Shown one piece after another: positions 46,716-55,096 of a DNA stretch of 64,000 bases (position 1 is its first letter; every line of letters begins with the position of its first letter). The position numbers and the translations under genes are program-made. A model generated the notes under the pieces. That model saw only the letters and a list, made by a program, of their open reading frames with translations. It had not been told where the DNA came from and made no database searches. Source of the stretch: an uncultured Oscillospiraceae bacterium (GTDB lineage Bacteria; Bacillota; Clostridia; Oscillospirales; Oscillospiraceae); assembly GCA_934591895.1 (NCBI GenBank), contig CAKTPP010000004.1, forward strand, positions 81,582-145,581, read 5' to 3'.

Positions 46716-47723
46716 TCAGATCGTGGCGGCGCTGTCGAGCATGGCATCGAGCACGCAGCAGGCGAGCGCTGCCTCCATGACGGGGATCGCGCGCGGGGCA
46801 AGGCACGGGTCGTGCCGGCCGTTGATGCGCAGCGGCGTCTCCTCCATGGTCACGAGGTCGACCGACGGCTGCTCGCACGCGATCGACGGCGTCGGCCGCA
46901 GAGCCATGCGAACGACGAGCGGCATGCCGTTGGTGATGCCGCCGTTGATGCCGCCGGCGTTGTTGGACGCCATGGTGATGCGCCCGTTCTGCAGGCGGAT
47001 GGGGTCGTTTGCCTCACTGCCGCGCATTTCGGCGAGGGCGAAGCCGCGGCCGAACTCCACGCCCTTCACGCCGGGGATGGCATAGAGCATGCCGGCGATG
47101 CGGCTCTCCATGCCGCCGAAGAGCAGACCGCCGACACCGGCGGGCACGCCCGTGACGACGCACTCAAGCTCGCTGCCGACGGAGTCTCCGGCGCTGCGCG
47201 CATCGAGGATGGCGCGCTTCATGTCGAAGTTGAGCTCCTTGCCCGTCGCCTGGCCGACGCGCACGGCGTTGGCCGTGATCGTGATGCCGCGGCGCTCAAG
47301 GATCTGGCGGCAGACCGCTCCGGCAAACACGAGGCACGCCGTGAGCCGGCCGCTGAACGCGCCGCCGCCGCGCAGGTCGGCATGACCGCCGAAGCGCACG
47401 GTCGCGGCGTAGTCCGCGTGGCTCGGGCGTGGGATCTCCGGATGGTAGGCCGCGCTGTTCTGGTCCTTGTTGCGGAAGATGGCCGAGATGGGCGCGCCGG
47501 TCGTCACGCCGTTGAGGATGCCGCTCATCACGAGCGGGTCGTCGGTCTCGGAGCGGTGGGTCGTCAGGTCGGACGAGCCGGGGGCGCGCCGGCGCATCTG
47601 AATGCGCACGGCGTCCATGTCCACGGCCTCTCCGGCCGGGACGCCGTCGAGCACGACGCCGATCGCCGGGCCGTGCGACTCGCCGAAGATCGTCACTTTT
47701 ACACGTTCGCCATAGGTGTTCAT
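46716..47723 (-). CDS. aroC: chorismate synthase
   Basis: Start at the ATG at 47723 (MNTYGERVKVTIFGESHGPAIGVVLDG...). Canonical AroC signature. Confidence 0.9.
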   Translation of the reverse strand: MNTYGERVKVTIFGESHGPAIGVVLDGVPAGEAVDMDAVRIQMRRRAPGSSDLTTHRSETDDPLVMSGILNGVTTGAPISAIFRNKDQNSAAYHPEIPRPSHADYAATVRFGGHADLRGGGAFSGRLTACLVFAGAVCRQILERRGITITANAVRVGQATGKELNFDMKRAILDARSAGDSVGSELECVVTGVPAGVGGLLFGGMESRIAGMLYAIPGVKGVEFGRGFALAEMRGSEANDPIRLQNGRITMASNNAGGINGGITNGMPLVVRMALRPTPSIACEQPSVDLVTMEETPLRINGRHDPCLAPRAIPVMEAALACCVLDAMLDSAATI

Positions 47724-47942
47724 GCGGATGCCTCGCTGTTCGTTCAAAAATCGGTTTACAGTTAACCATACAACATTTTCGCGGTCTTGTAAATGCCTTT
47801 TGCGCGCTGTGTGCGCCGTGCGGCCGCGCAGGCGCGGATTTTACAGATTGGACATGAAAAATGTGCGCTGCTTGTTTATAATGGAATCAACCATTGGATC
47901 ATTATGTCCGGCGCGGCGCGCCGGTGAAGGAGGCAACATCAC

Positions 47943-48632
47943 ATGAGCCAGAAAGTGCTCGTCGTGGAGGACGATATCAACATTGCGGAATTGCTGCGTC
48001 TGTACCTGCAGAAGGATGGCTTTGAGGTGTCGCACGCGGCCGACGGCGGCAAGGCCGTCGAGATGGCCAAGGAGATCCAGCCCGACCTCGTGCTGCTCGA
48101 TATCATGCTGCCCGTGATGGACGGCTGGCAGGTCTGCCGCGAGCTGCGCAAGAGCATGAAGATGCCCATCATCATGCTCACCGCCAAGGGCGAGACCGAG
48201 GATAAGGTCTCCGGTCTGGAGATGGGCGCGGACGACTACATCGTCAAGCCCTTTGAGGTCAAGGAGCTGCTTGCGCGCGTGCACGCCGTGCTGCGCCGCA
48301 CCGGCGACGACGGCAAGCCGCAGAGCAAGAAGCTCACCTTCGACAAGCTCGTCATCAACCTCGACTCCTATGAGCTGATCGTCGACGGGAAAAAGGTCGA
48401 CACGCCGCCCAAGGAGATGGAGCTTCTGTACCACCTTGCGGCCACGCCCAACCGTGTCTACACCCGCAACCAGCTGCTTGACGAGGTGTGGGGCTTTGAC
48501 TACTTCGGCGACAGCCGCACCGTGGACGTGCACATCAAGCGTCTGCGCGAAAAGCTTGAGGGCGTGTCCGACAAGTGGGCGCTCAAGACCGTCTGGGGCG
48601 TGGGCTACAAGTTCGAAGCGGAAGAGGCGTAA
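47943..48632 (+). CDS. OmpR-family response regulator
   Basis: 229 aa. Receiver domain (VLVVEDD...LLDIMLPVMDG) plus a winged-helix output domain (TVWGVGYKF). Confidence 0.9.
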   Translation: MSQKVLVVEDDINIAELLRLYLQKDGFEVSHAADGGKAVEMAKEIQPDLVLLDIMLPVMDGWQVCRELRKSMKMPIIMLTAKGETEDKVSGLEMGADDYIVKPFEVKELLARVHAVLRRTGDDGKPQSKKLTFDKLVINLDSYELIVDGKKVDTPPKEMELLYHLAATPNRVYTRNQLLDEVWGFDYFGDSRTVDVHIKRLREKLEGVSDKWALKTVWGVGYKFEAEEA

Positions 48633-48641
48633 GTGCCGTAA

Positions 48642-50129
48642 GTGAAGAGCATCTATTTCAAAAACTTCGCCGCGACCGCCGCCATGGTGCTGTTCAGCTT
48701 CCTGATCCTCGGCACGGCGTTTGTGTTCCTCGGCCGCAGCTATGTCATCAGCGAATACCGCGGCAACATGGTCTCCAACGCCGAGGAGGTCAGCCACGCG
48801 GCGCAGGCACTCGTGCGCAGCGGCGAGCTCACGAGCTGGGATCTGCGCATGGTCATCAGCACGCTCGCGCAGTCGACCGGCAACCACATCTTCATCGCCG
48901 ACACCGACGGGACGATCGTGTCCTGCTCGTGCCGGAACATCGCCTGCGAGCACCTCGGCCGCACGCTCACCGGCAGCACCATGACCCAGCTGCGCAGCGA
49001 GGGCAAGCTCAACCTCATCACGAATCTCGGCGGGTTTTACAGCTCCGCGCACTACGTCGTCGCCCAGCCGATCACCGTCGGCACGGACGCGCGCATCATC
49101 GGCTATGTGTTCGTGACGACCAACAGCGCCGCGATCATTTCCGGCTGGCGCACGTTTTTGTGGGTGTTTCTTGCGGCGTCCGCGGCCGTGATGATGATCG
49201 CGCTGCTGCTCTCGCTCGTGACGAGCAAGCGCATGGCGCAGCCGCTCGACGAGATGGCCGTCGCCGCCAAGAAATTTGCCCACGGCGATTTTTCCGCCCG
49301 CGTCACGGATGACGGACGCACCGACGAGGTCGGCGCGCTCATTTCGGCGTTCAACACCATGGCGGACTCGCTCGAGACGAGCGAGGAGCGCCGCAACGCC
49401 TTCATCGCCAACGTCTCGCACGAGCTCAAGACGCCCATGACCACCATCGCCGGCTTTGCCGACGGCATTCTTGACGGCACGATCCCCAAGGATCAGGAGG
49501 ACAAGTACCTCGTCACCATCGCCGACGAGACGCGCCGTCTCTCGCGCCTTGTGCGCAGCATGCTGGACATGTCGCGCATGGAGAGCACGGGTGAGGATCT
49601 GACGCGCCGGCGCGAATTTGACATCTCCGACAGGATCGTCAGCACCATGCTCAGCTTCGAGGCGCGCGCCAACGACAAGCAGCTCGACGTCGACCTCCAG
49701 CTTCCGGAGGATCCGATGCTCGTGCTCGGCGATCCGGACGCCATCACGCGCGTACTTTATAATCTGATGGACAACGCCGTCAAGTTCGCCGCGCCCGGCA
49801 GCACGCTGTGCGTCTCGCTCTGGAAATCGGACGGCAAGGCCTACGTCTCCGTGCGCGACCACGGCGAGACCATCCCGCCGGACGACCTGCCGTTCATCTT
49901 CGACCGCTTCCACAAGTCCGACCGCAGCCGCAGCCTCGACCGCGACGGCGTGGGGCTCGGGTTGTATCTGGTCAAGAGCATCCTCGATGCGCACGGCGAG
50001 GACATCGCCGTCACGAGCCGCGACGGGGAGACGGAGTTCGTGTTCACTCTCACGCTCGCAAAGCCCGCGCCCAAGCCCACCGCAAAGCCCGAAGGCACCG
50101 GCCGGCGGGGCGGACGCAAGAGTTCATGA
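48642..50129 (+). CDS. sensor histidine kinase (two TM helices, HAMP, HisKA, HATPase_c)
   Basis: GTG start. H-box FIANVSHELKTPMT. N/G boxes DNAVKF...GVGLGLYLVK. Confidence 0.9.
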   Translation: MKSIYFKNFAATAAMVLFSFLILGTAFVFLGRSYVISEYRGNMVSNAEEVSHAAQALVRSGELTSWDLRMVISTLAQSTGNHIFIADTDGTIVSCSCRNIACEHLGRTLTGSTMTQLRSEGKLNLITNLGGFYSSAHYVVAQPITVGTDARIIGYVFVTTNSAAIISGWRTFLWVFLAASAAVMMIALLLSLVTSKRMAQPLDEMAVAAKKFAHGDFSARVTDDGRTDEVGALISAFNTMADSLETSEERRNAFIANVSHELKTPMTTIAGFADGILDGTIPKDQEDKYLVTIADETRRLSRLVRSMLDMSRMESTGEDLTRRREFDISDRIVSTMLSFEARANDKQLDVDLQLPEDPMLVLGDPDAITRVLYNLMDNAVKFAAPGSTLCVSLWKSDGKAYVSVRDHGETIPPDDLPFIFDRFHKSDRSRSLDRDGVGLGLYLVKSILDAHGEDIAVTSRDGETEFVFTLTLAKPAPKPTAKPEGTGRRGGRKSS

Positions 50130-50224
50130 ATTGTTCGCGGAATTCATAGAATGTTTGTTTTCCATTCATAAGCAGCACAAAATCATGTGTTATCATCAAA
50201 TCGTTCCTTGGGAGGGACACCAAC

Positions 50225-51511
50225 ATGTACGACAACGATCGCAAACCGGAGTCCGACTGGTATGAGGCCGGCTATACCGCGCCCCGCCGCGAAGCATCCG
50301 GAAGCGGCTGCTATGACTCCTACTGGAGCCCGACGCAGGCCGCCTCACCGAAGAAAGCGTCCCATCAGGGGCTGAAGATCACGATGATCATTCTCGGCGT
50401 GTTGGTGCTGATCATCGCCTCGTGCTATGTGTTCGCGGCGCGCGGACGGGACTCCGTTCCCGGCACCGACCCCGGACAGCACGGCAGCGTGACGATCCCA
50501 CAGGACGAACCGGACGATGACACCACCGTCACCGGCAAGAACGAGCTGCCGGGCGCGCCGACGAATTCCGGCGTGACCATGGAGCTCCGCCCCGCCGGCG
50601 GCAGTACGCTCTCGCTGCAGAGCGTGTATGCCAAGTGTCTGCCGTCCGTCGTCGGCATCCATGCCGACATCCGCCGCGGCGAATACAGCACCGGCACGGG
50701 CGTTGTGCTCACGGCCGACGGCTACATCGTCACGAACACGCACGTGCTCGACGGCGCGAAGAGCGTCACCGTGACTACGTCGGACGGCGCCGAGTACACC
50801 GGCGCGCTTGTCGGCGCAGACGCCGTGAGCGACATCGCCGTGCTCAAGATCGACGCACAGGGGCTCACTCCCGCCGAGTTCGGCGACTCCAGCTCCCTGC
50901 AGGTCGGCGATGACGTCGTGTCCATCGGCAACCCGCTCGGCGAGCAGCTGCGCTGGACGATGACCGACGGCATCATCTCCGCCATCAACCGCGACATGGT
51001 CTATAACGGGCACAGCATGACCCTCCTGCAGACCAATGCCGCCATCAACGAGGGCAACTCCGGCGGCCCGCTCATCAATATGTATGGGCAGGTGATCGGC
51101 ATCACGAACATGAAGGCGCTGTCCACCGGCGTGGAGGGCATCGGCTTCGCGATCCCGACAGCATCCATCCGGCCGATCGTCAATGCACTGCTTGCAGACG
51201 GCCGCGTTTCCGGCCGCGTGAGCATCGGCATCACCGTGGGTGCGGTCTCCTCCGCCGCTTCGGAGTATTATGATCTGCCCGATGGGCTGTATATCAGCGA
51301 CGTTGCTGAGGGCTCGGACGCCGAAAAGCAGGGCATCCAGTCCGGCGATATGCTTCTGGCGGTCAACGGTCAGGCCGTGACCACCACCTATGATGTCAGC
51401 GCCGTCAAGGATGGCTTGCAGGTGGGCGACACCGTCACACTGACCATCTACCGCGACGGCAAAACGTTCGATGTCAAAGTCAGACTCGTCGACACGAACG
51501 ACATCTCTTAA
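50225..51511 (+). CDS. HtrA/DegP-family serine protease with a PDZ domain, membrane anchored
   Basis: 428 aa. TM anchor, catalytic TNTHV...D...GNSGGPL triad motifs and a C-terminal PDZ domain. Confidence 0.9.
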   Translation: MYDNDRKPESDWYEAGYTAPRREASGSGCYDSYWSPTQAASPKKASHQGLKITMIILGVLVLIIASCYVFAARGRDSVPGTDPGQHGSVTIPQDEPDDDTTVTGKNELPGAPTNSGVTMELRPAGGSTLSLQSVYAKCLPSVVGIHADIRRGEYSTGTGVVLTADGYIVTNTHVLDGAKSVTVTTSDGAEYTGALVGADAVSDIAVLKIDAQGLTPAEFGDSSSLQVGDDVVSIGNPLGEQLRWTMTDGIISAINRDMVYNGHSMTLLQTNAAINEGNSGGPLINMYGQVIGITNMKALSTGVEGIGFAIPTASIRPIVNALLADGRVSGRVSIGITVGAVSSAASEYYDLPDGLYISDVAEGSDAEKQGIQSGDMLLAVNGQAVTTTYDVSAVKDGLQVGDTVTLTIYRDGKTFDVKVRLVDTNDIS

Positions 51512-51552
51512 TTTGATAGTTTCTCCCTCCTCATATTCTCCTCTCTATTGAA

Positions 51553-51786
51553 CGAACCCCAGGCGGCTTGCCGTCTGGGGTTTGTTCTATATCCGGTCAG
51601 GAAACGCGGCGCAAGCGTGGGATGACAGAGCAGCGGGGGAGCCCGAGGGGGCAAGACCCGCCTCGGTTTCCATGGCACGCGCTTGCGCAGCAAGCCGACG
51701 AACCCCAGGCGGCTTGCCGTCTGGGGTTTGTTCTATATCCGATCAGGAAACGCGGTGCGAGCGTGGGATGACAGAGCAGCGGGGGG
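51553..51786 (+). repeat. direct duplication of an ~87-bp terminator-containing unit, period 146 bp
   Basis: Units at 51553-51639 and 51699-51786 differ at about 4 positions. Each starts with the hairpin ACCCCAGgcggcttgccgtCTGGGGT. Confidence 0.8.
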
Positions 51787-51788
51787 GC

Positions 51789-51827
51789 AAAAAACAGCCC
51801 GTTCCGGATGGAACGGGCTGTTTTTTT
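51789..51827. terminator. bidirectional intrinsic terminator
   Basis: AAAAAA, then CAGCCCGTTCC, loop ggat, GGAACGGGCTG, then TTTTTTT. Confidence 0.85.
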
Positions 51828-51856
51828 CATGCGCTTTTGTGCGCTTGCGGCTCATG

Positions 51857-52450
51857 TCACGGCGCTGCAAACGCGCTGCCGGCATACGCATATACCGTGC
51901 AGCCGAGCGCGTCGGCGTCGGCGGGGTCGTGCGTTGCGAGCACGAGCGTCCTGCCCTGCGTCTCGGCGGCGATGCACGCGATCACGCGCGCACGCAGCGC
52001 CGCATCCAGACCGCGAAACGGCTCGTCGAGCAGCAGCACCGGCGCGTCATACGCGAGCGCGCGCGCAATGGCCACGCGCTGCTGCATGCCGCCGGAGAGC
52101 GCCGCGGGGTACTGCTCCGCCGCCTCGCCGAGCTCCAGCCGCTCCAGCCATGCGCGCGCCTGCGGCATGGTCTGCGCCCGGTCGGAGAGTACGGCGTTGA
52201 CGTTTTCCGCCGCCGTGCGCCACGGCAGCAGACGCGGCTCCTGAAACACGCACGCCATGCGCCCGGGCGAAACGCGCACGCTGCCGCCGTCCGGCGCGCG
52301 CAGCCCGGCAAGCACGCGCAGCAGCGTCGTCTTGCCGCAGCCGGACGGACCCATGAGCGCGATGTGCGCCCCGTCGGGCACGGTGAGCGTGACATTGTGC
52401 AGTACGTCGCGCCCGTCGTAGGTCACGGTGAGGCCATGCACCTCGATCAT
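51857..52450 (-). CDS. ABC transporter ATP-binding protein (NitT/TauT family)
   Basis: 197 aa. Walker A GPSGCGKTT, signature LSGGMQQR and Walker B LLLDEP. Confidence 0.9.
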   Translation of the reverse strand: MIEVHGLTVTYDGRDVLHNVTLTVPDGAHIALMGPSGCGKTTLLRVLAGLRAPDGGSVRVSPGRMACVFQEPRLLPWRTAAENVNAVLSDRAQTMPQARAWLERLELGEAAEQYPAALSGGMQQRVAIARALAYDAPVLLLDEPFRGLDAALRARVIACIAAETQGRTLVLATHDPADADALGCTVYAYAGSAFAAP

Positions 52451-53193
52451 GTGCCGCCGCCTCCTTTCCCGCGCGGGGTCAGCGCGCGCAGCACCAGCCG
52501 CTCAAGCCCGACGCTCAGGAGAATGACCGCGAGCGTCCACGCGAAGAGGTCGGTGGTCTGCAGATACAGCTTCGATTCGTAGATCATGCGGCCGATGGCG
52601 CTGTGCGGCACGGTGAGCACCTCGGCGGCGATGCCGGACTTCCAGCCGAAGCCGATGCCGGAGCGAAGCGCCGCGAGAAAGTGCGGCCGCACGCCCGGCA
52701 GATAGATCCGCCGCAGGATGCGCCCGCGCGGCCAGCCGTACACCTGCGCGAGCTCGAGCAGCGCGGGGTCGGCCGAGCGGATGCCGGTGCAGACGTTGCT
52801 CCATATCACGGGCAGCACCATGAGCAGCGAGATGAACACCGGCAGCCAGTCGCGCGCGATCCACACGAGCGCGAGCACGACGAACGACGCCACCGGCGTG
52901 GATTTGACGACCGTCATGAGCGGGCGCAGCAGCGCGTCGGCGGTTCCGGACGCGGCGCACGCGACGGCCATGCCCGTGCCGAGCGCGACCGCCGCCGTGA
53001 TGCCGAGCAGCACGCGGCCGATGGATACGGCCGTGATGCGCCAGAACGCCGCCGTCGCCGCAAGCTCACACAGTCTGCGCACGACGACCCACGGCGCGGG
53101 CAGCAGCAGTTCCCGGTTCACGAGCAGCGCGAGCGCCGTCCACGCAGCGAGCCAGAATGCAAGCGTCAGCGCGCCGCGGGCAAAACGCTTCAT
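52447..53193 (-). CDS. ABC transporter permease (NitT/TauT family)
   Basis: 248 aa. Six TM helices with a BPD_transp_1-type EAA-like loop. Stop/start overlaps with both neighbours. Confidence 0.9.
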   Translation of the reverse strand: MKRFARGALTLAFWLAAWTALALLVNRELLLPAPWVVVRRLCELAATAAFWRITAVSIGRVLLGITAAVALGTGMAVACAASGTADALLRPLMTVVKSTPVASFVVLALVWIARDWLPVFISLLMVLPVIWSNVCTGIRSADPALLELAQVYGWPRGRILRRIYLPGVRPHFLAALRSGIGFGWKSGIAAEVLTVPHSAIGRMIYESKLYLQTTDLFAWTLAVILLSVGLERLVLRALTPRGKGGGGT

Positions 53194-54188
53194 TTCAGCA
53201 CGCAGTAGAAGTCATCCCCCGGCACGCTGCCGCCGATGCTCTGCGGGGCGACGGTGCTCAGCGCGGTGAGAAACGCCGTGAGCGGCGCCTGCATCTCCGC
53301 GCCGGCCACGAAGCAGACGTTGCAGTTCGGAATGGCCTTGGCAGCCACGGCGGCCTTGGCAAAGATGCCCGCGTCCTGGATCATCTGGCCGGCCTGCTCG
53401 GGCTCAGCGGTCAGAAACTCGATGGACGCCTTGTATTCGTCGAGGAATGCCTTGACCTCGTTCGGGTGCTCGTCTGCGAACGCCTTGCGCACGACGACGC
53501 AGCCCTGCACGAGGCTGCCGGACTCGGAGACCTTGTCCCACTCGGCGGTCAGGTCGAGCGCGACGGTGAGCTCCGGGTTGGCTGCGCGGGCGATCGTGAC
53601 CATCGGCTCGGGCAGCACGGCGATGTGCACCTCACCGGAGGCAAGCGCCGTGTTGAGCTCGGCCGGTTGGGCATAGGTGTTGTCGATGGTGATGTCCGTG
53701 CCGGCGGTCAGACCGTTTTTCTCGCACAGGTACTGGAAGATGAACGTCGGGTTCTGCACGGGGACATAGACGGTCTTGCCGCGCAGGTCGGCGAAGGAAG
53801 TGATGTTCTCCGTGCCGTCGGTCACGACATAGAGCACACCGCGTGTGTTGAGCGCGAGCACCTGCACGGCGCCGTCGGTCTTGTTGTAGAGCGCGGCGGC
53901 GGCGTTCGTCGGCAGGGCGGCGATGTCGGCCGTGCCGTTGACGAGCGCGGCGGTGGCGTTGCTCGGGTCGGTCTCAACGGTGAAGTTGTAGTTGAGCGCG
54001 GCGCTGCCCGCCTTGCTGTCGGACATGAGCTTGGCCATGCCGAAGCCGGTCGTGCCGTTGAGCGAGACGACGTTGACGGTCAGCTCCTTGTCGACGGCGG
54101 CGGTGTCGTCCTTCTGGCCGCAGGCGGCGAGGGCGAGCACCATCAGGACGGCCAGCAGCAGAGCCGTGCATTTGCGCAGATGTTTCAT
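53190..54188 (-). CDS. ABC transporter substrate-binding lipoprotein (NMT1/THI5-like)
   Basis: Start at the ATG at 54188 (MKHLRKCTALLLAVLMVLALAAC, a lipobox) with an AAGGAG RBS. Confidence 0.85.
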   Translation of the reverse strand: MKHLRKCTALLLAVLMVLALAACGQKDDTAAVDKELTVNVVSLNGTTGFGMAKLMSDSKAGSAALNYNFTVETDPSNATAALVNGTADIAALPTNAAAALYNKTDGAVQVLALNTRGVLYVVTDGTENITSFADLRGKTVYVPVQNPTFIFQYLCEKNGLTAGTDITIDNTYAQPAELNTALASGEVHIAVLPEPMVTIARAANPELTVALDLTAEWDKVSESGSLVQGCVVVRKAFADEHPNEVKAFLDEYKASIEFLTAEPEQAGQMIQDAGIFAKAAVAAKAIPNCNVCFVAGAEMQAPLTAFLTALSTVAPQSIGGSVPGDDFYCVLK

Positions 54189-54410
54189 AGCAGATCTCTC
54201 CTTTTCATGATTGCCGGCCGCACAAAGAGACAGAAAATGCCATGCCTGAAAGGCATGGCGGTGCAGCAAAGCACGCACGCAGCCTTCCACCTCATGGGCG
54301 ATTCGGTGTCAGATTCGGTGCGGGATCGGCGGCGGCCGGGCCGGCAGCAGAGCTTGCGGCGCGGGCGCATAGTTTGGTTCGATTATGACATGGGAACGCA
54401 GATGTGTCAA
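54189..54410 (-). promoter_or_regulatory. promoter plus a long leader with an internal intrinsic terminator (attenuator or riboswitch candidate)
   Basis: On the minus strand: TTGACA (54405-54410), 17-nt spacer, CATAAT (54382-54387). The leader hairpin GCCATGCCtttcaGGCATGGC plus a U-rich tract lies at 54224-54260. The direct repeat CACCGAATC lies at 54300-54308 and 54312-54320. Confidence 0.45.
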
Positions 54411-54616
54411 GCGTTTGCGGCGATTTTTCCAAAAGATGCACAGCGGTTGAAAAATGGAACATGTTGTGAAAAAATCTCTCAGCTTGTCGTTATCAAAACG
54501 ACGGGGCTGGGCATTGAAATTCCAGAAAAAATCCTGTATATTAATAAATAAGGAACCTGCATCAGCCGGGGTAGGAGCCGGCAAAGTGCAAATTTGTTGG
54601 AAAGGGAATCGAAATT

Positions 54617-55096
54617 ATGGAACAAATCGATTACAAGTTCATTGACCAGGTCCTCGCGGATCACGCCTGCGACGCCTCGCAGATCATTGCGATCATGCAG
54701 GATGTTCAGGCCAAGTATCGGTATCTGCCGAAAGACGCGCTGCGCTACATTGCGGACAAGGTTGGCATCAGCGAGTCGAAGATCTACGGCGTGGCGACGT
54801 TCTATGAGAACTTCTCGCTTGACGTCAAGGGTAAGTATGTGCTCAAGGTCTGCCGCGGCACGGCGTGCCATGTCCGCAAGTCCGGCAACGTGCTGCAGGC
54901 GCTGTATGACGCCACCGGCCTGAGCGAGAGCAAGCCGACCACGGACGACGGCCTGTTCACGATCGAGATCGTCTCGTGCCTCGGCGCGTGCGGTCTGAGT
55001 CCGGTCGTGATGGTCAACGACACGGTCCACCCGGCCATGACCCCTGAGAAGGCCATGGACCTGATCCAGGAGCTGCGTGAAAAGGAGGGTGCGTAA
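54617..55096 (+). CDS. hydC: NuoE-like [2Fe-2S] subunit of a NAD(P)-linked [FeFe] hydrogenase
   Basis: 159 aa. Thioredoxin-like 2Fe-2S pattern C..GTAC...C..LGAC. First gene of a three-gene cluster. Confidence 0.85.
   Translation: MEQIDYKFIDQVLADHACDASQIIAIMQDVQAKYRYLPKDALRYIADKVGISESKIYGVATFYENFSLDVKGKYVLKVCRGTACHVRKSGNVLQALYDATGLSESKPTTDDGLFTIEIVSCLGACGLSPVVMVNDTVHPAMTPEKAMDLIQELREKEGA

Noticed and set aside
51640-51698. Whether the 59-nt insert between the duplicated 87-bp units belongs to the main repeat family
   Set aside because: I could not align it to any module of copies A to F. It is kept as a separate observation.
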